DNA of 64,000 nt from Fistulifera solaris (Eukaryota). Below, piece after piece: positions 36,412-48,975 of this stretch (position 1 is its first letter; the number at the start of each line of letters is the position of its first letter). The stretch is from NCBI GenBank assembly GCA_030295235.1, contig AP026151.1, positions 806,001-870,000 on the forward strand. Reading direction: 5' to 3'. The translations under genes and the position numbers were made by a program. Under the pieces are notes generated by a model. The model worked only from the letters and a program-made list of their open reading frames with translations, searched no databases and was not told the DNA's origin.

Positions 36412-39400
36412 ATGAAAGCGTCTTCATCCTCTTCAACAGCCGTGGAAGCGTTGCTACACGCCGAGACGGTCCACGCGTTGCTGCAATTGTCCGAACACAC
36501 TCGGAAACAAGCTGCTTTACAATTCACGAAAGCACAAGCACGTCGGTTTTTCGGGACGTGGTTGGATCAGTGTTCGTTGGAAGAGGAAGATGCCTTGCAA
36601 CGCGTCGCACAAACTTTAGTGTATTACTTGCAGCAACCGAAACCGGTCCTGTTGCAAGTCATGATCGATTTGACGGTGCAGTTGCACGATGCGTTAACCA
36701 CAGATCTTTCCTACCAAACGCGACAAACGATCTTATCGTTGTGTGAATTGTGGTGGAAACACGATTTGCCACAAAAAGAACAATTCATTGCGAATGCTTT
36801 GCCGTATTGGTTGGAACCGCCGGAAGACGCGACGGCGGTCCAAAATTTGTACGACTTGCGTCAAGCCCTCGATTGTGTGGATTTTGTCGCGGATGAGTCG
36901 TTACAGGCGTCCGTCTTGTCGCTCGTATCGAATCCGTTCGTCTTGAAAACGGGAAAGAAACTACTGGTGCATCTTTTGCAAAATCGGGATTTGATGGAAC
37001 CCTTGCATCAAGCCATCAAAGTACAGTTGGTGGGCAACAAGACCAAAATCATCCAAGTGTACGCCGATGTCTATTACAAGGCGTATCATGAAACGAAAGA
37101 TCCTGAAATACAAGAGGCTTTGGAACAAATCGTTTGGTCCGATTTGGTACAAGCCGTGTTCCATGCCGCCGACCCCGAGACTCACAAAGCCGTTCGAATG
37201 GTCTTACAACCCTTGCATGCGGCACAAAAACATCACGAAGCACTCTTACATCGTTTGTATGGTCCGATTCTCTGGCGTGCCTTGTCGGCATCCCAAACAC
37301 AAGTTCGTTTACAAGCGGCACAAATACTGCCGGAAGTCTTTCCATTGCGGGGAGAACACACCAGTGCTTTGGCGGCCGTCGAACACTGTGTCAAAGCCTT
37401 GACCAACTTGTTGGACGATCGGGTTCCCAAAGTCCGTGTGGCGGGTGCACTCGCGACGGCACACGTGCTGTGCGACTATTGGACCATTGTGCCGACGGCC
37501 AGCATTCGCATGTTGTTGAATTGTACGTAAAAGTGGTTGGTGAGGATAAATCTGTGAATCTTTTACTCACAATGTTTTCGCAGGGCTAGTCACGAAACAT
37601 GCTTCGGATACATCATCGGCCTCAGTACGAGTGGGAGCGTTGAATGCAGTGAGTCTCGTGTTGCAGAATCCACAGTCCCATGCCGTGTTACGTCCGTTAT
37701 TGCCGTCGTTGGGGAATTTGCTGCACGACAAGACCGAATCCGTTCGTCTTGCCACAGTTCGAATGCTTCTTCGTGTTAAGGAAACAACCGACTTGGCGTA
37801 TTACCATGTTGTTCCGGTGTATCACTTGAATGCACGATTGGCCAATGAAGCCGTGAACAGTTCGGTCGCGGCTGCACTGACTTCGCTCCTAATGTCCTCA
37901 TACTTTCCTCCGGATCCGGCGACACAAATTGCTCGTACGCTGCATTTCTTGCAAACCGATCCCCAAGCCGCCGCAACGTTTTACGCCAATGTGCATCGCT
38001 TTTTGGATACAGCACAAGTTGCGGCCTTGGCGGCCATGTTGTGGCAGACCGTGTTGACGGCGGTGGAGACGGAAAAGAACCAGCAAAACAAGTTGCAATC
38101 CTCCGATCCGTCCGGGAAACGACGCAAGAAAGCCGCTGCGAAAGATGAAAGCGAGAATAATGCTAAAGGTGAAGAAGACGAGGAAGACTTCTTTTCATCG
38201 GCCGATACGGCTCTCATGGTGACTTTGACCGACACGATCAATGTCTTGTGGGGGTCGATTGCGAAAGACTTGCACGAGGATGTTGTTTCCTTTTGGTGGA
38301 CCATATGGAGGATTGGGTGGAAACTTTGCAGCACTTTGAGACCAAGCCTGACAATCGTACTGTGGTGCAGAACATTTTGAAAATTGTGCGTCGGCTTCCC
38401 TCGTGTGACGACTTGAAAATCAATGCGGAGAATCCGAACGTTGCTGGATACTTGTCCGTCTACTGCCATTGGGGTCGTTCTGACGAGGTAGTTGCATGCT
38501 TGGCTAAGTCCCTTGAAACGGATTTGGGAGTGGAAGAAGAAATTTTGTTTTCGACTCCCGAAGCCAAAACCAAGAAACGAAAAAAGCCGTCGTGGCAAGC
38601 AGGATGAAAGTATTGAGTTGCTACCTGCGCCGGTGGCACTGAAGGTAGTACATGCACTCTTGCAAGATCCTGACATTCGTCCTTATTTGCTTTCGCCGGT
38701 GCTCGAAAAGGCGTTGGAGAAGGGCACCAAGCTCGCCGAAAAGATGCTGAGCCGTGATCGAGTAAGTAGTAGTCAAGGGTATTTGCAAAAATTTACTTCA
38801 GACAGCTAACAGACTATTTCGGTTTTGTTTGACAGATGATAGGCGAGTCTGATATTGACTTCGTGTTGCGTGTCTGTGAGATTTATGGTCGCTTTGTTTT
38901 GCATCAGGCAGCAGCAACGGATGAACCTAATTTGACCATGACTCCTCAGGCCATGAATTTGCTACGTTGGATGTCGGTCAAAGTGATTCCCATGTTGAAA
39001 GATGTTGATGCTGATCAAAGTTGCGCCGAGTCCAGCATGCCGTTTAATGATCCGGATCTTTCTACAATTGCTGTCGAACAGAGTTTCGCGGATTGGCCAG
39101 CATCACCAACACCTGCCGGTCCGCCGCGTCGCCGACGTGATACCAAGGCAACTCCCAGTCGCGTCGAAGTCGAAAAGCGTCCTTCGTTGAGTCCCGATAT
39201 TTCTCATGCGTTGGCAACTTCTTTGGTTCAAGTGGCGTGCGTTGTGTTTGCCGAATGGCTAGCAGTCAGTGGGGGCGTGGGAGGATCCATCATTGATTCT
39301 CAGATGAGTGAATGGTTTTCGGCTGTGTCCGACGACACTACTGTGATTGCAATCATGTCGAAGCTTGCTTTCCAATTGGTGAAAACGTCGGACCAGTACA

Positions 39401-39783
39401 TGTTGTTCGAACAAATCTTGCGCAAAGGTCACGAATCGAACGGGATTGTCCGGAAATTGGTATCCACTCTGTCGAGTCCACTTTCCAAATGTCAGCACGA
39501 AACGGTTAAAGTTGTATTCGAAACGGCCAAGGCCATGTATAGTCCGCTAGAAGATGATGAGTGTCACTCCTCATGGGATGAGATGTGGACACAATCGTCA
39601 GGTGCGATTTCGGCTGCCGTAGGCGCCATTGTGGCCAACCGCATGTCGGTTGCTGTTTTGATCAATCTTGCCACAAAAACGCCCAGCGATCTCTTTTCCA
39701 AGCAATGTTTGTTTTTGTTGCAAGATCAAGTGACTGAAAGAAGCAACGACTTTACGGTACAGTCGGAAGAAGTAGTAGCTTAA
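36412..39783 (+). CDS. NCAPG2: Condensin-2 complex subunit G2 (HEAT repeats)
   Basis: LYGPILWRAL..VRLQAA..VFPL, LLDDRVPKVRV, YWTIVP, ASDTSSASVR, LHDKTESVR; introns ~37523-37583 and ~38762-38836; frameshifts near 38295 and 38590. Confidence 0.85.
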
Positions 39784-39872
39784 GAAAGAATATCAGTAGT
39801 AAGAATGATTTATACATGTGAACGAGTCCGTTTTCCATTATGCCTTTCGTATCAGTATACAGTGCTAAGTGT

Positions 39873-40382
39873 TCAAGAATGCGACAAGTTCAAACCGATG
39901 ACTCCGGTCGCAATCATGCTTAAATACAATCCCTTGAGCAAACTCCAGGGCTCCTGAAAGATCAAAACACCTGCTGTTGTCACGAGAATCGTTCCGATCG
40001 CTCCCCACGCCGCATACGCGGTTCCTACCGCAATTCTGGATAGAACGACATTCAAACCGAACATGCTCGTCATATTGAGAGCACAAGCGACTGCAAATAA
40101 GGCGAGTGAACCGATATCACGCGATCGTTTCGATAAGGAAGCACCGGTACATTCGACTGCAATGGATCCCAATAGTAGCAAGTAGGCTTGTTGTTTGGAT
40201 AATGTACGTGTTCTAGTCGGCGGATGGGTAGAATCGTCGGGTAAAGAGGAAGCAAGACGGACGTTGGGTGCTGTTTTGGACATTCGATTCCTCCGATTCT
40301 GGTGATTCAGGAAGGATAAAGCGTCCGTGCCATCCACGAGAAACAAAAGAGCAACTAGCCGATAAAGATGTATAAGTTGCAT
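39873..40382 (-). CDS. Small multidrug resistance (SMR/EmrE) family transporter with bipartite presequence
   Basis: YLLLLGSIAVE (Glu14 equivalent), IAVGTAYAAWGAIG, FQEP, GVIGLNL; signal peptide ending TDA-LSF, then an R/S/T-rich linker. Confidence 0.85.
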   Translation of the reverse strand: MQLIHLYRLVALLFLVDGTDALSFLNHQNRRNRMSKTAPNVRLASSLPDDSTHPPTRTRTLSKQQAYLLLLGSIAVECTGASLSKRSRDIGSLALFAVACALNMTSMFGLNVVLSRIAVGTAYAAWGAIGTILVTTAGVLIFQEPWSLLKGLYLSMIATGVIGLNLSHS

Positions 40383-41202
40383 GATAAAAACGCAATGAAA
40401 GGAAAGTATCTGACAATCTGGAAGCACAATAGAACGTTTTGAGACTGTTGCTGACGAAAATAATAAGGATCGACGCAGTCTCATGACTGAAATGCAGTCG
40501 TGGATTGGTAGAATATACTGTTTCGATGATAGTAAAAACATGAAGGTCAGGATTCGAAGACATTGGCCGGCTGAAATCGCAATTGCGCGACCTTCCAAGG
40601 TTAGAGCATGATAAGCTTTAGATCTATTATTGTAATTATTGTAATGAGACTAAAATTAAACGCGAAAAAGACAAAAAATTCGCGCTGCAGGCTGCATGAA
40701 CGAAAGGATTGATGAAGATGTATGGGTACGGTACCGGATATTGTCCAATTTCGATCACGCGGCCATCGTTTGCGTCTTTTGAGCTTTGGACACCAAATGT
40801 CAATGTTACTAGGTACTTTGACCAGTATCGCTTCTGCGTACCAAGAAACAATAATCGCTTTTGATTTGACATGGGATCAGCCTGGGATTACAAAAAGTAA
40901 AAAGACACAACGCGCTTCCGAATGGAGTTCAATTAACGAGACAATCACGCCGGCATAATTGTCGCTAAAAAGAAAATCGAATGCGCACAGAAAACATTCT
41001 ATTTCAAACTATCCCGTCGAAAATTTATTGGAGGCTTTTTCTACTGTAAAACGCAAAGTGACGATATATCTACTTTCCACGACTGGAGTTCAGTCATGAG
41101 CAACAATATTCATTCGTCTCGTTTATTGTGCACCACGAAAAAAACGCTACCACTATGATCAACAAAATTCTATTTAACAGATGAAAAACAAGGCAAGCAG
41201 TC

Positions 41203-43338
41203 ATGTTACTAATAGAACGAAGAGCAATTCCGCTTTGCTTCTGCAGCTTAAAACGAAGTATACATTTCCTGGGGCTACTACAACTGACTTTTGTGCACTG
41301 CTTTCTTTGTCAACTGCCAACGAAAGGATCATCTCCTGCTCTCTCGAATCATCCATCGTGCATTAGCCTCAATAGCGTTGCTCGAAACTCCGCATCCGAT
41401 ATACTAACAATACTGCGAAACAATCAATACACGAAACGAGTCATCACGCTTCAACAGAATGACTTGCCAATTACAGCCGAAGTTTTGATAAACGGAGAAT
41501 GTTGCGTCGCGAACATCACAAAAATTCTCTTTCCTTCTCTACCTGTCGGATCAAATTTACCCGTCAATGCACAATTTGAGCTTCAGGACGGATTGAAAGT
41601 AGATGTGGGGCAAATTACGACAGTTTGGATGACGGGCAGGTCATCGAATCGATCGGCCAAGGTATCGGCACAATACAAAGAGCGCACACTCGAAGGCGTG
41701 TATCGCTCTCACGTGGGGCGCGGTCGAAAAGGGGGAATTTCGAAGCACCAATTAGCTCAATTTGGTCAAGATCCTCAATTGCAGGCTGTCCTACGGCACA
41801 TTGTGAAAGGAGGAGTAGAGCAATCGCGCGTGGCGGATTCGTTTCAGGTTCAACAACAATCTCTTCTATCGCAAAGTGAATGCGCGAGGTTACTAGCGCA
41901 AGATGCACAACTTGGAGGACGGTTTAAGCGATGGCCCTGTATTTTGCTAGCGTGCGACTTTACAAAACACAAGCCAACCCTGACCCTGATGAATGGCGGC
42001 TGGCTGGTCATGGACCAAAACGTACGATCGGTGACCGATGGACAGTTGTTTGCGCAACGTAAAAGGTGCAAACAGCTACGGATGAGCGCATGGTTCTGCG
42101 TTTGGAGTGCCTTGCCTTGGGCGAACTGCAGCAAGAACAAAAACCATTGAATGAAGTACTCGAACTGGATGTGCGGCAAGTTTTACTCGAGATGAATTTG
42201 AGTCTGGATGCCGACGGCGCCAAAGAAGCACTGTTGCAGCTGGGACTATGGACGGCAAAAGACCAAGACAGTGGGAAAGCGCAATTTTGGATGCCAGCAG
42301 TGTTGAGTGCTGCAAAAACTACATTCAAAGTTTAAAGCAAATGAATTCGCTTGCCTCGGTGAATGATGAACGGGTCGATTTGCGTCATTTGCCGTGTATT
42401 TGTGTCGACGGCCAACGTGTATCATTTCGAGACGACGGAATTGGCTTGCGATCTCGTGCTTCGACAGGACGGAGATGTTTTCCAGAGGCTTCGAAATGGG
42501 AAATTTTGATTCATATTGCGGACGTTTCTGATATTTATGTGCCAAAAGATGAAGCTACAAGTATTTTACGAGAAGCGGCGGCAAGTCGAGGGATTAGTCG
42601 ATATGATTTGCCGACAGGGCCGATTCATCTTTACCGCCCTTGGTTCTGCAGGCATTGAGTTTACGGTCAAATAAAGCCAACCGTTGTGTTACAATCTGGG
42701 TCTACGTCGACGAAAGGGATGGGCGGTTGCTTGATGCAGGCGTCGAGCGCTCATTAGTCGCTGCCCCTTACGAGTATTCGTTTAAAGAAGCAAGTCGTTT
42801 AATGGAGGAGAAAGCCACAATCAACTTGAGTAACAGTTTGGACGGCAGTATTGATGGCAAGACTAGGGCAATTCTATTGGTGACGGAAAGGATTTTGACA
42901 GCATGGAGTCAGGCGCGACAGAATCGTAGTACAGCAGCAAGGAAGCGAGAAGAGCGCATGACATCAAAAGAGACAGACTTTCATCCCGAGAATATGTTTG
43001 ATGACGGACGAGATGGATTTGTTCGTACCCGAGCACATCGATTGGTCGACTCCGCGCTCGATTTGTATTCTTATGCAGCAGCCGCTTTATTGAGACGCGC
43101 AGAAGCTCCGATTCCTCGTGCCCAAGGCGCCGGCGCAGACCGCGGAGGACGTGTTGCTACTTCGCCACTTCGACGATTTCTTGACGGCGAAGCGCAACGG
43201 CAACTCTTGGCAGTCTGTTGTGAATTTGGTGATAAATTGTCAGCCAAAGAGTGTTCCGAAGCGGGTATTCTATCCAACGAAAGACGAAACAAAGTAAATA
43301 ACGTTCGTTCCGTGCGCCAAAAGAGAAGCTTGAAATAG
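41203..43338 (+). CDS. RNB-domain (RNase II/R family) exoribonuclease-like, probably organelle-targeted
   Basis: RVDLRHL..VD....RDDGIG, IHIADVS, RGISRY, TSPLRRFLD..QRQL; several frameshifts. Confidence 0.75.
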
Positions 43339-43461
43339 TAATTAATTGAAAGTAACCATTATATAAGTGTACAAAGTCTACTGACATTTCGATCCAGCAA
43401 CAGTTCAAGAGTTCGAAGGGCAATATGGAAGAAGAGGATTCGAGAAAACGCTCCGACGTGC

Positions 43462-43713
43462 CTACCCCATTCGTTTCCACATGCTGTTGCTTGTTGTTTT
43501 GTGGTCATCGTTTACACGCCGGGCTTGCATTTCTCGCATCAATGCTTCGTATTGCTGCTTTTGTTCATAAGTTGCACCGCCATCTTCATCCAAACCACGA
43601 ATTTTGTCTTTATCGGCGATGAAGGGTAAATAAATCGTTCCCACACCGACGGCAGCGAGCGTTAAGGAAACCGCCGCAACAACCATTTTCGATCCGTTGT
43701 TTCGTGCTGCCAT
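43462..43713 (-). CDS. Small single-TM hypothetical protein (83 aa)
   Basis: MAARNN...one hydrophobic helix...SMWKRMG. Confidence 0.55.
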   Translation of the reverse strand: MAARNNGSKMVVAAVSLTLAAVGVGTIYLPFIADKDKIRGLDEDGGATYEQKQQYEALMREMQARRVNDDHKTTSNSMWKRMG

Positions 43714-43819
43714 TCTTTTCGATGAGATGTCGACTAGTAATACTGCTGTACCTATTTCTGTTGATATACTTGTACGTGTCAAGAAAGATAATCATGAGCG
43801 AATGAATTATATTTTGCCT

Positions 43820-43970
43820 ATTCTCTGGGTAAGTAAAAACAACACGCCCCCATTTTCAGGGTACTTGAAAAACCACATTCCCACATTTTCTGGGTACGTG
43901 AAAAACCCACTTGCCCACATTTTCTAGGTACGTGAAAAACCACATTTCCACATTTTCTGGAAACGTGAAA
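43820..43970. repeat. Second copy of the ~32-bp minisatellite (4-5 units)
   Basis: CCCACATTTTCTGGGTACGTGAAAAACCAC units matching 12655-12877. Confidence 0.9.
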
Positions 43971-44863
43971 TTGTGGCTCTCGCCTGGGAGGCGGAAAAGT
44001 TACGCTGCACTGTAAGCTTACAATGTACAAATACCAGGTTAAAATAAGGTTAAAAGGTTAAGCATGTTTTTCAGGCGTTTTTGGATGGCGACGAAGAAAT
44101 TAGTGCAAGTGAACAAGAAGAAAAGGGTGGGTCTGATAGTGATGATGATTCAAGATCAACCTCAACTAGAAGAAGCAACGGAGAAACTGAGGAAGTGGAC
44201 GGCGGTGAACACATTAATGAAGTAGATAATGTTCGTTAATAGAGAGGTGGCTCTAGCAGATGCGAGTCTATGGTGTCAGACTCTCTTCGGAGGGTCTGGC
44301 ATCGCCCGTTGGAGCCTAGTTGACGCACACACTATGTACAGGTATAACCTCTAGTTAATTACTCCGTATTATAATTATTGGATTCAGCACACAGATGTCT
44401 GCGTTACCTTATTTTCCACCGCATCTGGTTTGCCTCAGGATTATTAGCCGCGATCGATGATTATTATTTAGAAACCAAAGGTTGATGGAACGAATGATGC
44501 GACGCTTCTAATGTCTACGGGTATTAGGAATTCGATTATTCGAAGTGAAACATGAAACGGTAGAAAGATAAAACGCTTCCAGTGTCTACGCGTACATTAC
44601 GTAGCCGCCGTACGAAATTATCTATCGATGTAGTGGGATCCGGATATTGCGTAATCTGACACCAGCCCTTTAAAAATGGATCTACAGTACTCAGATGTCA
44701 ACGTTTCCTTATCCACCGTATTTGCATCGTATCAGGAGGCAATAACCGCCGTCGATATGAAAACAAAACGTTGATGGAACGAATGATGCAACGCTTCGAA
44801 AGGTTACGTACTAGTAGGTTTCACGTAGCTCTCGTAGGGAAATTTATCGACAGATGGGCACCC

Positions 44864-45139
44864 GGATTAGACATGTGACTTCTCCACTGCTGACGTCCAC
44901 TTCACTGCCGTGAGGAAATTTCACTTCCTCTTCACTTCACTGCCGAGCCAAAAGGGTTCACTGCCATGTACCACACCTAGGTAAAGCTACGTGGGAAGTC
45001 AAAACCCTAGTGCACTTGAGGCAGTCCCTAGAGTAAGTGACTGACAAGAGTACAGTTTAGCACATACTATACTCAGTGCGACACGGGAGTGATTTCACTT
45101 CCACTTCACTGCCAAGAGTTTGCCTTGGAAGTCACTTCA
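44864..45139. mobile_element. Truncated dispersed repeat/MITE-like remnant related to ~25598-25660
   Basis: Shared GGATTAGACATGTGACT; 45115-45139 is the near reverse complement of 25636-25660; CACTTCACTGCC subrepeats. Confidence 0.5.
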
Positions 45140-46800
45140 ATGTCGTTCTCTTCTTTGGTAGTGACTGGAATTTAGTCGCGATCGCGTTCAACCTACATTT
45201 TACCGTTATAGTGAAAATGGCAGACGACGATACGGATGCTTTTCGACGCAACTAGTTGCGTTTCGAATGAAGATGGTAGTTAGTTCATTTATTGGTATTT
45301 TTATGGCATTTGATTATAGACTTCGTGCTTTTGTTTGTGGACAACTTTGGTGCTCTCATTGCTTCGGTGGCTTTTCAAGGACTAATTTTAGTCGCGATCG
45401 CGTACAACCAACACTCTACCATTATAGTGAAAATAGCAGTCCACGATACGGATGCCTTTCGGCGCATATACTTGCGTTTCGAATGAAGATGAAAGTTCGT
45501 TCATTTATTGGTTTTTCCATTGTATTTGATTATAGACTCCGTGCTTTTTTGTGGACAACTTTGGTGCTCTCATTGCTTCGGTGGCGTTTCAAGTGACGGA
45601 AATTTAGTTGCGATCGCGTTCAACCTACACTTTACCATAATAGTGAAAATGGCAGTCGACGATACGGATGCCTTTCGGCGCATATACTTGCGTTTCGAAT
45701 GAAGATGAAAGTTCATTCATTTATTGGTATTTCCATTGTATTTGATTATAGACTTCGCGCATTTGTTTGTGGACAACTTTGGTGGCGTTTTTAATAAAAA
45801 TGTCTTTCTCTCCTGTGGTAGTGACTGGAAAGGAATTTAGTCGCGATCGCGTACAAGCAACACTTTACCATTATAGTGAAAATAGCAGTCGACGATACGG
45901 ATGCCTTTCGACGCAAATACAGTAGTTGCGTTTCGAATGAAGATGATAGTTAGTTCATTTATTGGTATTTCCATGACATTAAATCATACACTTTGCGCAT
46001 TTGTTTGTGGACAACTTTGGTGGCGTTTTTCAATATCGTTTCCTTGTGTTGATAGTGACACCAACACTCTACCATCATAGTGAAAATGGCAGTCGACGAT
46101 ACGGATGCTTTTCGACGCATATACTTGCGTTTCGAATGAAGATTAGTTCATTTATTGGAATTTCCATTGTATTTCATAAAGACTTCGCGCTTTTTTGTCG
46201 ACAACTTCGGTGGCGTTTTTTTAAAAAATAAAAATGTCGTTCTCTTCTTTGGTAGTGACTGGAACTTAGTCGCGATCGCGTACAAGCAACACTTTACCAT
46301 TATAGTGAAAATAGCAGTCGACGATACGGATGCCTTTCGACGCAAATAGTTGCGTTTCGAATGAAGATGACAGTTAATTCATTTATTGGTATTTCCATGA
46401 CATTAAATCATACACTTTGCGCATTTGTTTGTGGACAACTTTGGTGGCGTTTTTCAATATCGTTTCCTTATGTTGATAGTGACTGAAATTTAGTCGCGAT
46501 CGCGTACAACCAACACTCTACCATCATAGTGAAAATGGCAGTCGACGATACGGATGCTTTTCGACGCATATACTTGCGTTTCGAATGAAGATGACAGTTA
46601 GACTAGTTGTTAGTTCATATTTCATCTATTGGTATTTCCATGGCATTCGATTATAGACTTCGCGCGATTGTTTGTGGACAACTTTGGTGCTCTCATTGCT
46701 TCAGTGGCGTTTCAAGGACTGAATTTTAGTCGCGATCGCGTACAACCGACACTTTACCACTATAGTGAAAATGGCATTCGACGATGCGATACGGATGCAG
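45140..46800. repeat. Satellite-like tandem array, about 8 units of ~195-235 bp
   Basis: TTAGTCGCGATCGCGT..ATAGTGAAAAT..GATACGGATGC..TTGCGTTTCGAATGAAGAT recurs at ~45170, 45385, 45601, 45834, 46060 (partial), 46264, 46487 and 46722. Confidence 0.95.
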
Positions 46801-46997
46801 GGTACATACAGGAACGATCCGAATATCATCGCATCGATTACTCGCTTGCATTTTATGAATGAATAATAATACCATCACCGCACTTCAAATGTTACATAGC
46901 ATGCTAAAGTTTATTCCCTATTATCTGTTGAGCTTGTGTTCATCATACGCTCGAGCTTTACGCGTTTTCAGACGGCAAAGGAATCGCCTTCGGATCA

Positions 46998-47825
46998 TCA
47001 TTTACGTTCAACAAATTCGTTCCGGTTTCTCGCCATTATGCGCTGTTGTTTCATGCTTCTGAACGCCCATTTCAAAGCAACCAAAGATATAAAAAAGACG
47101 AAACTCTGACGTGAATACATTATCACTTCCAATCCGAAAGCGACACACACCCAGGGAAACAAGAGCAATAATAACCAAAAATTGAAACAGGCGAAATGCT
47201 CCAAGTAGCGATCGGGGGAAATCATGACCCAAGGCGTCAAGTAGAGGACCAAAACACGATACGGTGCCATTAATAGATGCAATAGTTCCGGATACAAGTG
47301 CATGGGTGTATCGGGATAACACGAGGCTTCAATTCCATTCACAATCAAGTCTCCGGTCCGCGTCAAAGGCGCAAAGCGACCTTGTCGTGTTACCGTTTCG
47401 TGCTCTTGCTGAACCGGCAAACGTCGTCCTTGGTCCGATATCAAGGTAGTCTGCACCTTTTCAGCAGCAAGAGGGCGCTTGACGTTGCCTTGATAAATAA
47501 ATAGAAGCTGCGACGGTGTCACTTCCAACATGACAGTGTTGTTTCGATGCATCATGGAAAAGGAAAGAAAGTCCGTCGGCTCGTTCCAGGTCGCGACGGC
47601 ATATACTCGAGTAAACGAACTACCGTGCTTGCCACGAACTTGCACGAAATCGCCGCTGCGCAATTCATTCAAGGGGATGATACCCCGACCCCGAATCTGC
47701 ACAGTATCGTGTCCCGAGAATCCCATGGGTTTGACATCACAACCCGGTGGACCATGAAAGACCCACACGAACCATAGTGCCGAGAGAGCAAAGTAATTGA
47801 TTAATACAAAGGAACGGGACAGCAT
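46998..47825 (-). CDS. Hedgehog-type Hint (Hog) domain membrane protein lacking the catalytic Cys
   Basis: GFSGHDTV..LNELRSGDFV, LEVTPSQLLF, GRFAPLTRTGDLIVNGIEASCY, HLLMAPYR; N- and C-terminal hydrophobic helices. Confidence 0.85.
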   Translation of the reverse strand: MLSRSFVLINYFALSALWFVWVFHGPPGCDVKPMGFSGHDTVQIRGRGIIPLNELRSGDFVQVRGKHGSSFTRVYAVATWNEPTDFLSFSMMHRNNTVMLEVTPSQLLFIYQGNVKRPLAAEKVQTTLISDQGRRLPVQQEHETVTRQGRFAPLTRTGDLIVNGIEASCYPDTPMHLYPELLHLLMAPYRVLVLYLTPWVMISPDRYLEHFACFNFWLLLLLFPWVCVAFGLEVIMYSRQSFVFFISLVALKWAFRSMKQQRIMARNRNEFVERK

Positions 47826-48055
47826 GGTGTATGGTTGTGAATCAAAGTCTATTGAGAAAATACGATCGCGGATGTTTGTGAGAATGAGAAGGAAGCTCGA
47901 TACGAAAAAGGACTTGATTGGATCGAGTTCTCATTCTACGTCATTTCGGAACGCCTTCGCAAAATGTACGGAGTAATTCTTATCTAGACGAGCTGACTGT
48001 TGTTTATAAATACCTTTATCGTTACAGCATTCCACCTTCCAGTTCCACAAAATCC

Positions 48056-48975
48056 TTAGCTTTTTGTTCGGCTTTTTTCTTTCTCTAGTTGTTCCTCCAG
48101 CAGCTTTGCGTCCTCGGAATCTTTCGATGGCTCACTGACTTTCGGTGGCTCTTCCATCTTTTTCAATAGGTCGTCATACGGAGCTTCGGCTCGTTCATTG
48201 TCTTTTGTATCCGATTTAGAAGTCACATCTTTGGCGATAGTTTTTTCGTCGTCTTTATTAGTGACGTCCTTCTTCTCGGATGCGCTTTCCTCTATCTTTT
48301 CCACCTTTTCCTCTGTTTTGCTCTTGGATTCTTCCTCTTGCTTTACTTCGTCTTTTGATGATTCAACTTTTGCTTCAACTTTCGGCTCGTCTACTTTCGC
48401 TTCGAGTTTCGGTTCGACTTTTGTTTCTTTGGCGACTTCTAGCACATTTACTGGCTTAGAGTCTGCTGTAGCAAACACAGGTTCTGGAACCGGCGATGAG
48501 AAAAACACCAATTGGAACGCCAGCACAAACGCAAAGGAGAGTACTCCAGCAATCGATGATAACTATCCCCAAAAAGTGGTTGAATTGTGAGTCAGAAGAT
48601 CTTCCGTGGAGAGGATCAAGACCAACATACCTTCGCAATAATCTCGAGTGCTTCCACTCGAGATTTACGTACCTTGATTGCTTCTTCAACTTTGACAAGG
48701 CGTTGCTTGGCATCTTCCAAAAACTTTTGACTCGTCTCAATTTCGAGTTGCAATTCATTTCGATCGTTAATGGCCGATGCTCGTACAACGAGAGCGGCAA
48801 CGGGTACTAAAAACAGACCAAAGTCGAGAGGACCGAGTTGTCCCAGAGTAGCGATTTCATTGGCGGCATGTAAGCAAGAAGATCGAGGTTTCGAGTGAAA
48901 CGTGAAAGGCTTCGATACTTGAAATGCCGATACCGACACAGTCGTCAGAAGAAAAAGTAGAGAAGGAAGCCGCAT
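48056..48975 (-). CDS. Plastid-targeted hypothetical membrane protein with coiled coil and E/K-rich tail
   Basis: MRLPSLLFLL..VSA-FQV ASAFAP-type presequence; two hydrophobic segments; intron near 48590-48672. Confidence 0.7.

Noticed and set aside
44390..44810. Diverged ~300-bp-offset duplication (GTTGATGGAACGAATGATGC) as an RNA gene
   Set aside because: No tRNA, snoRNA or snRNA hallmarks identified; probably an old repeat
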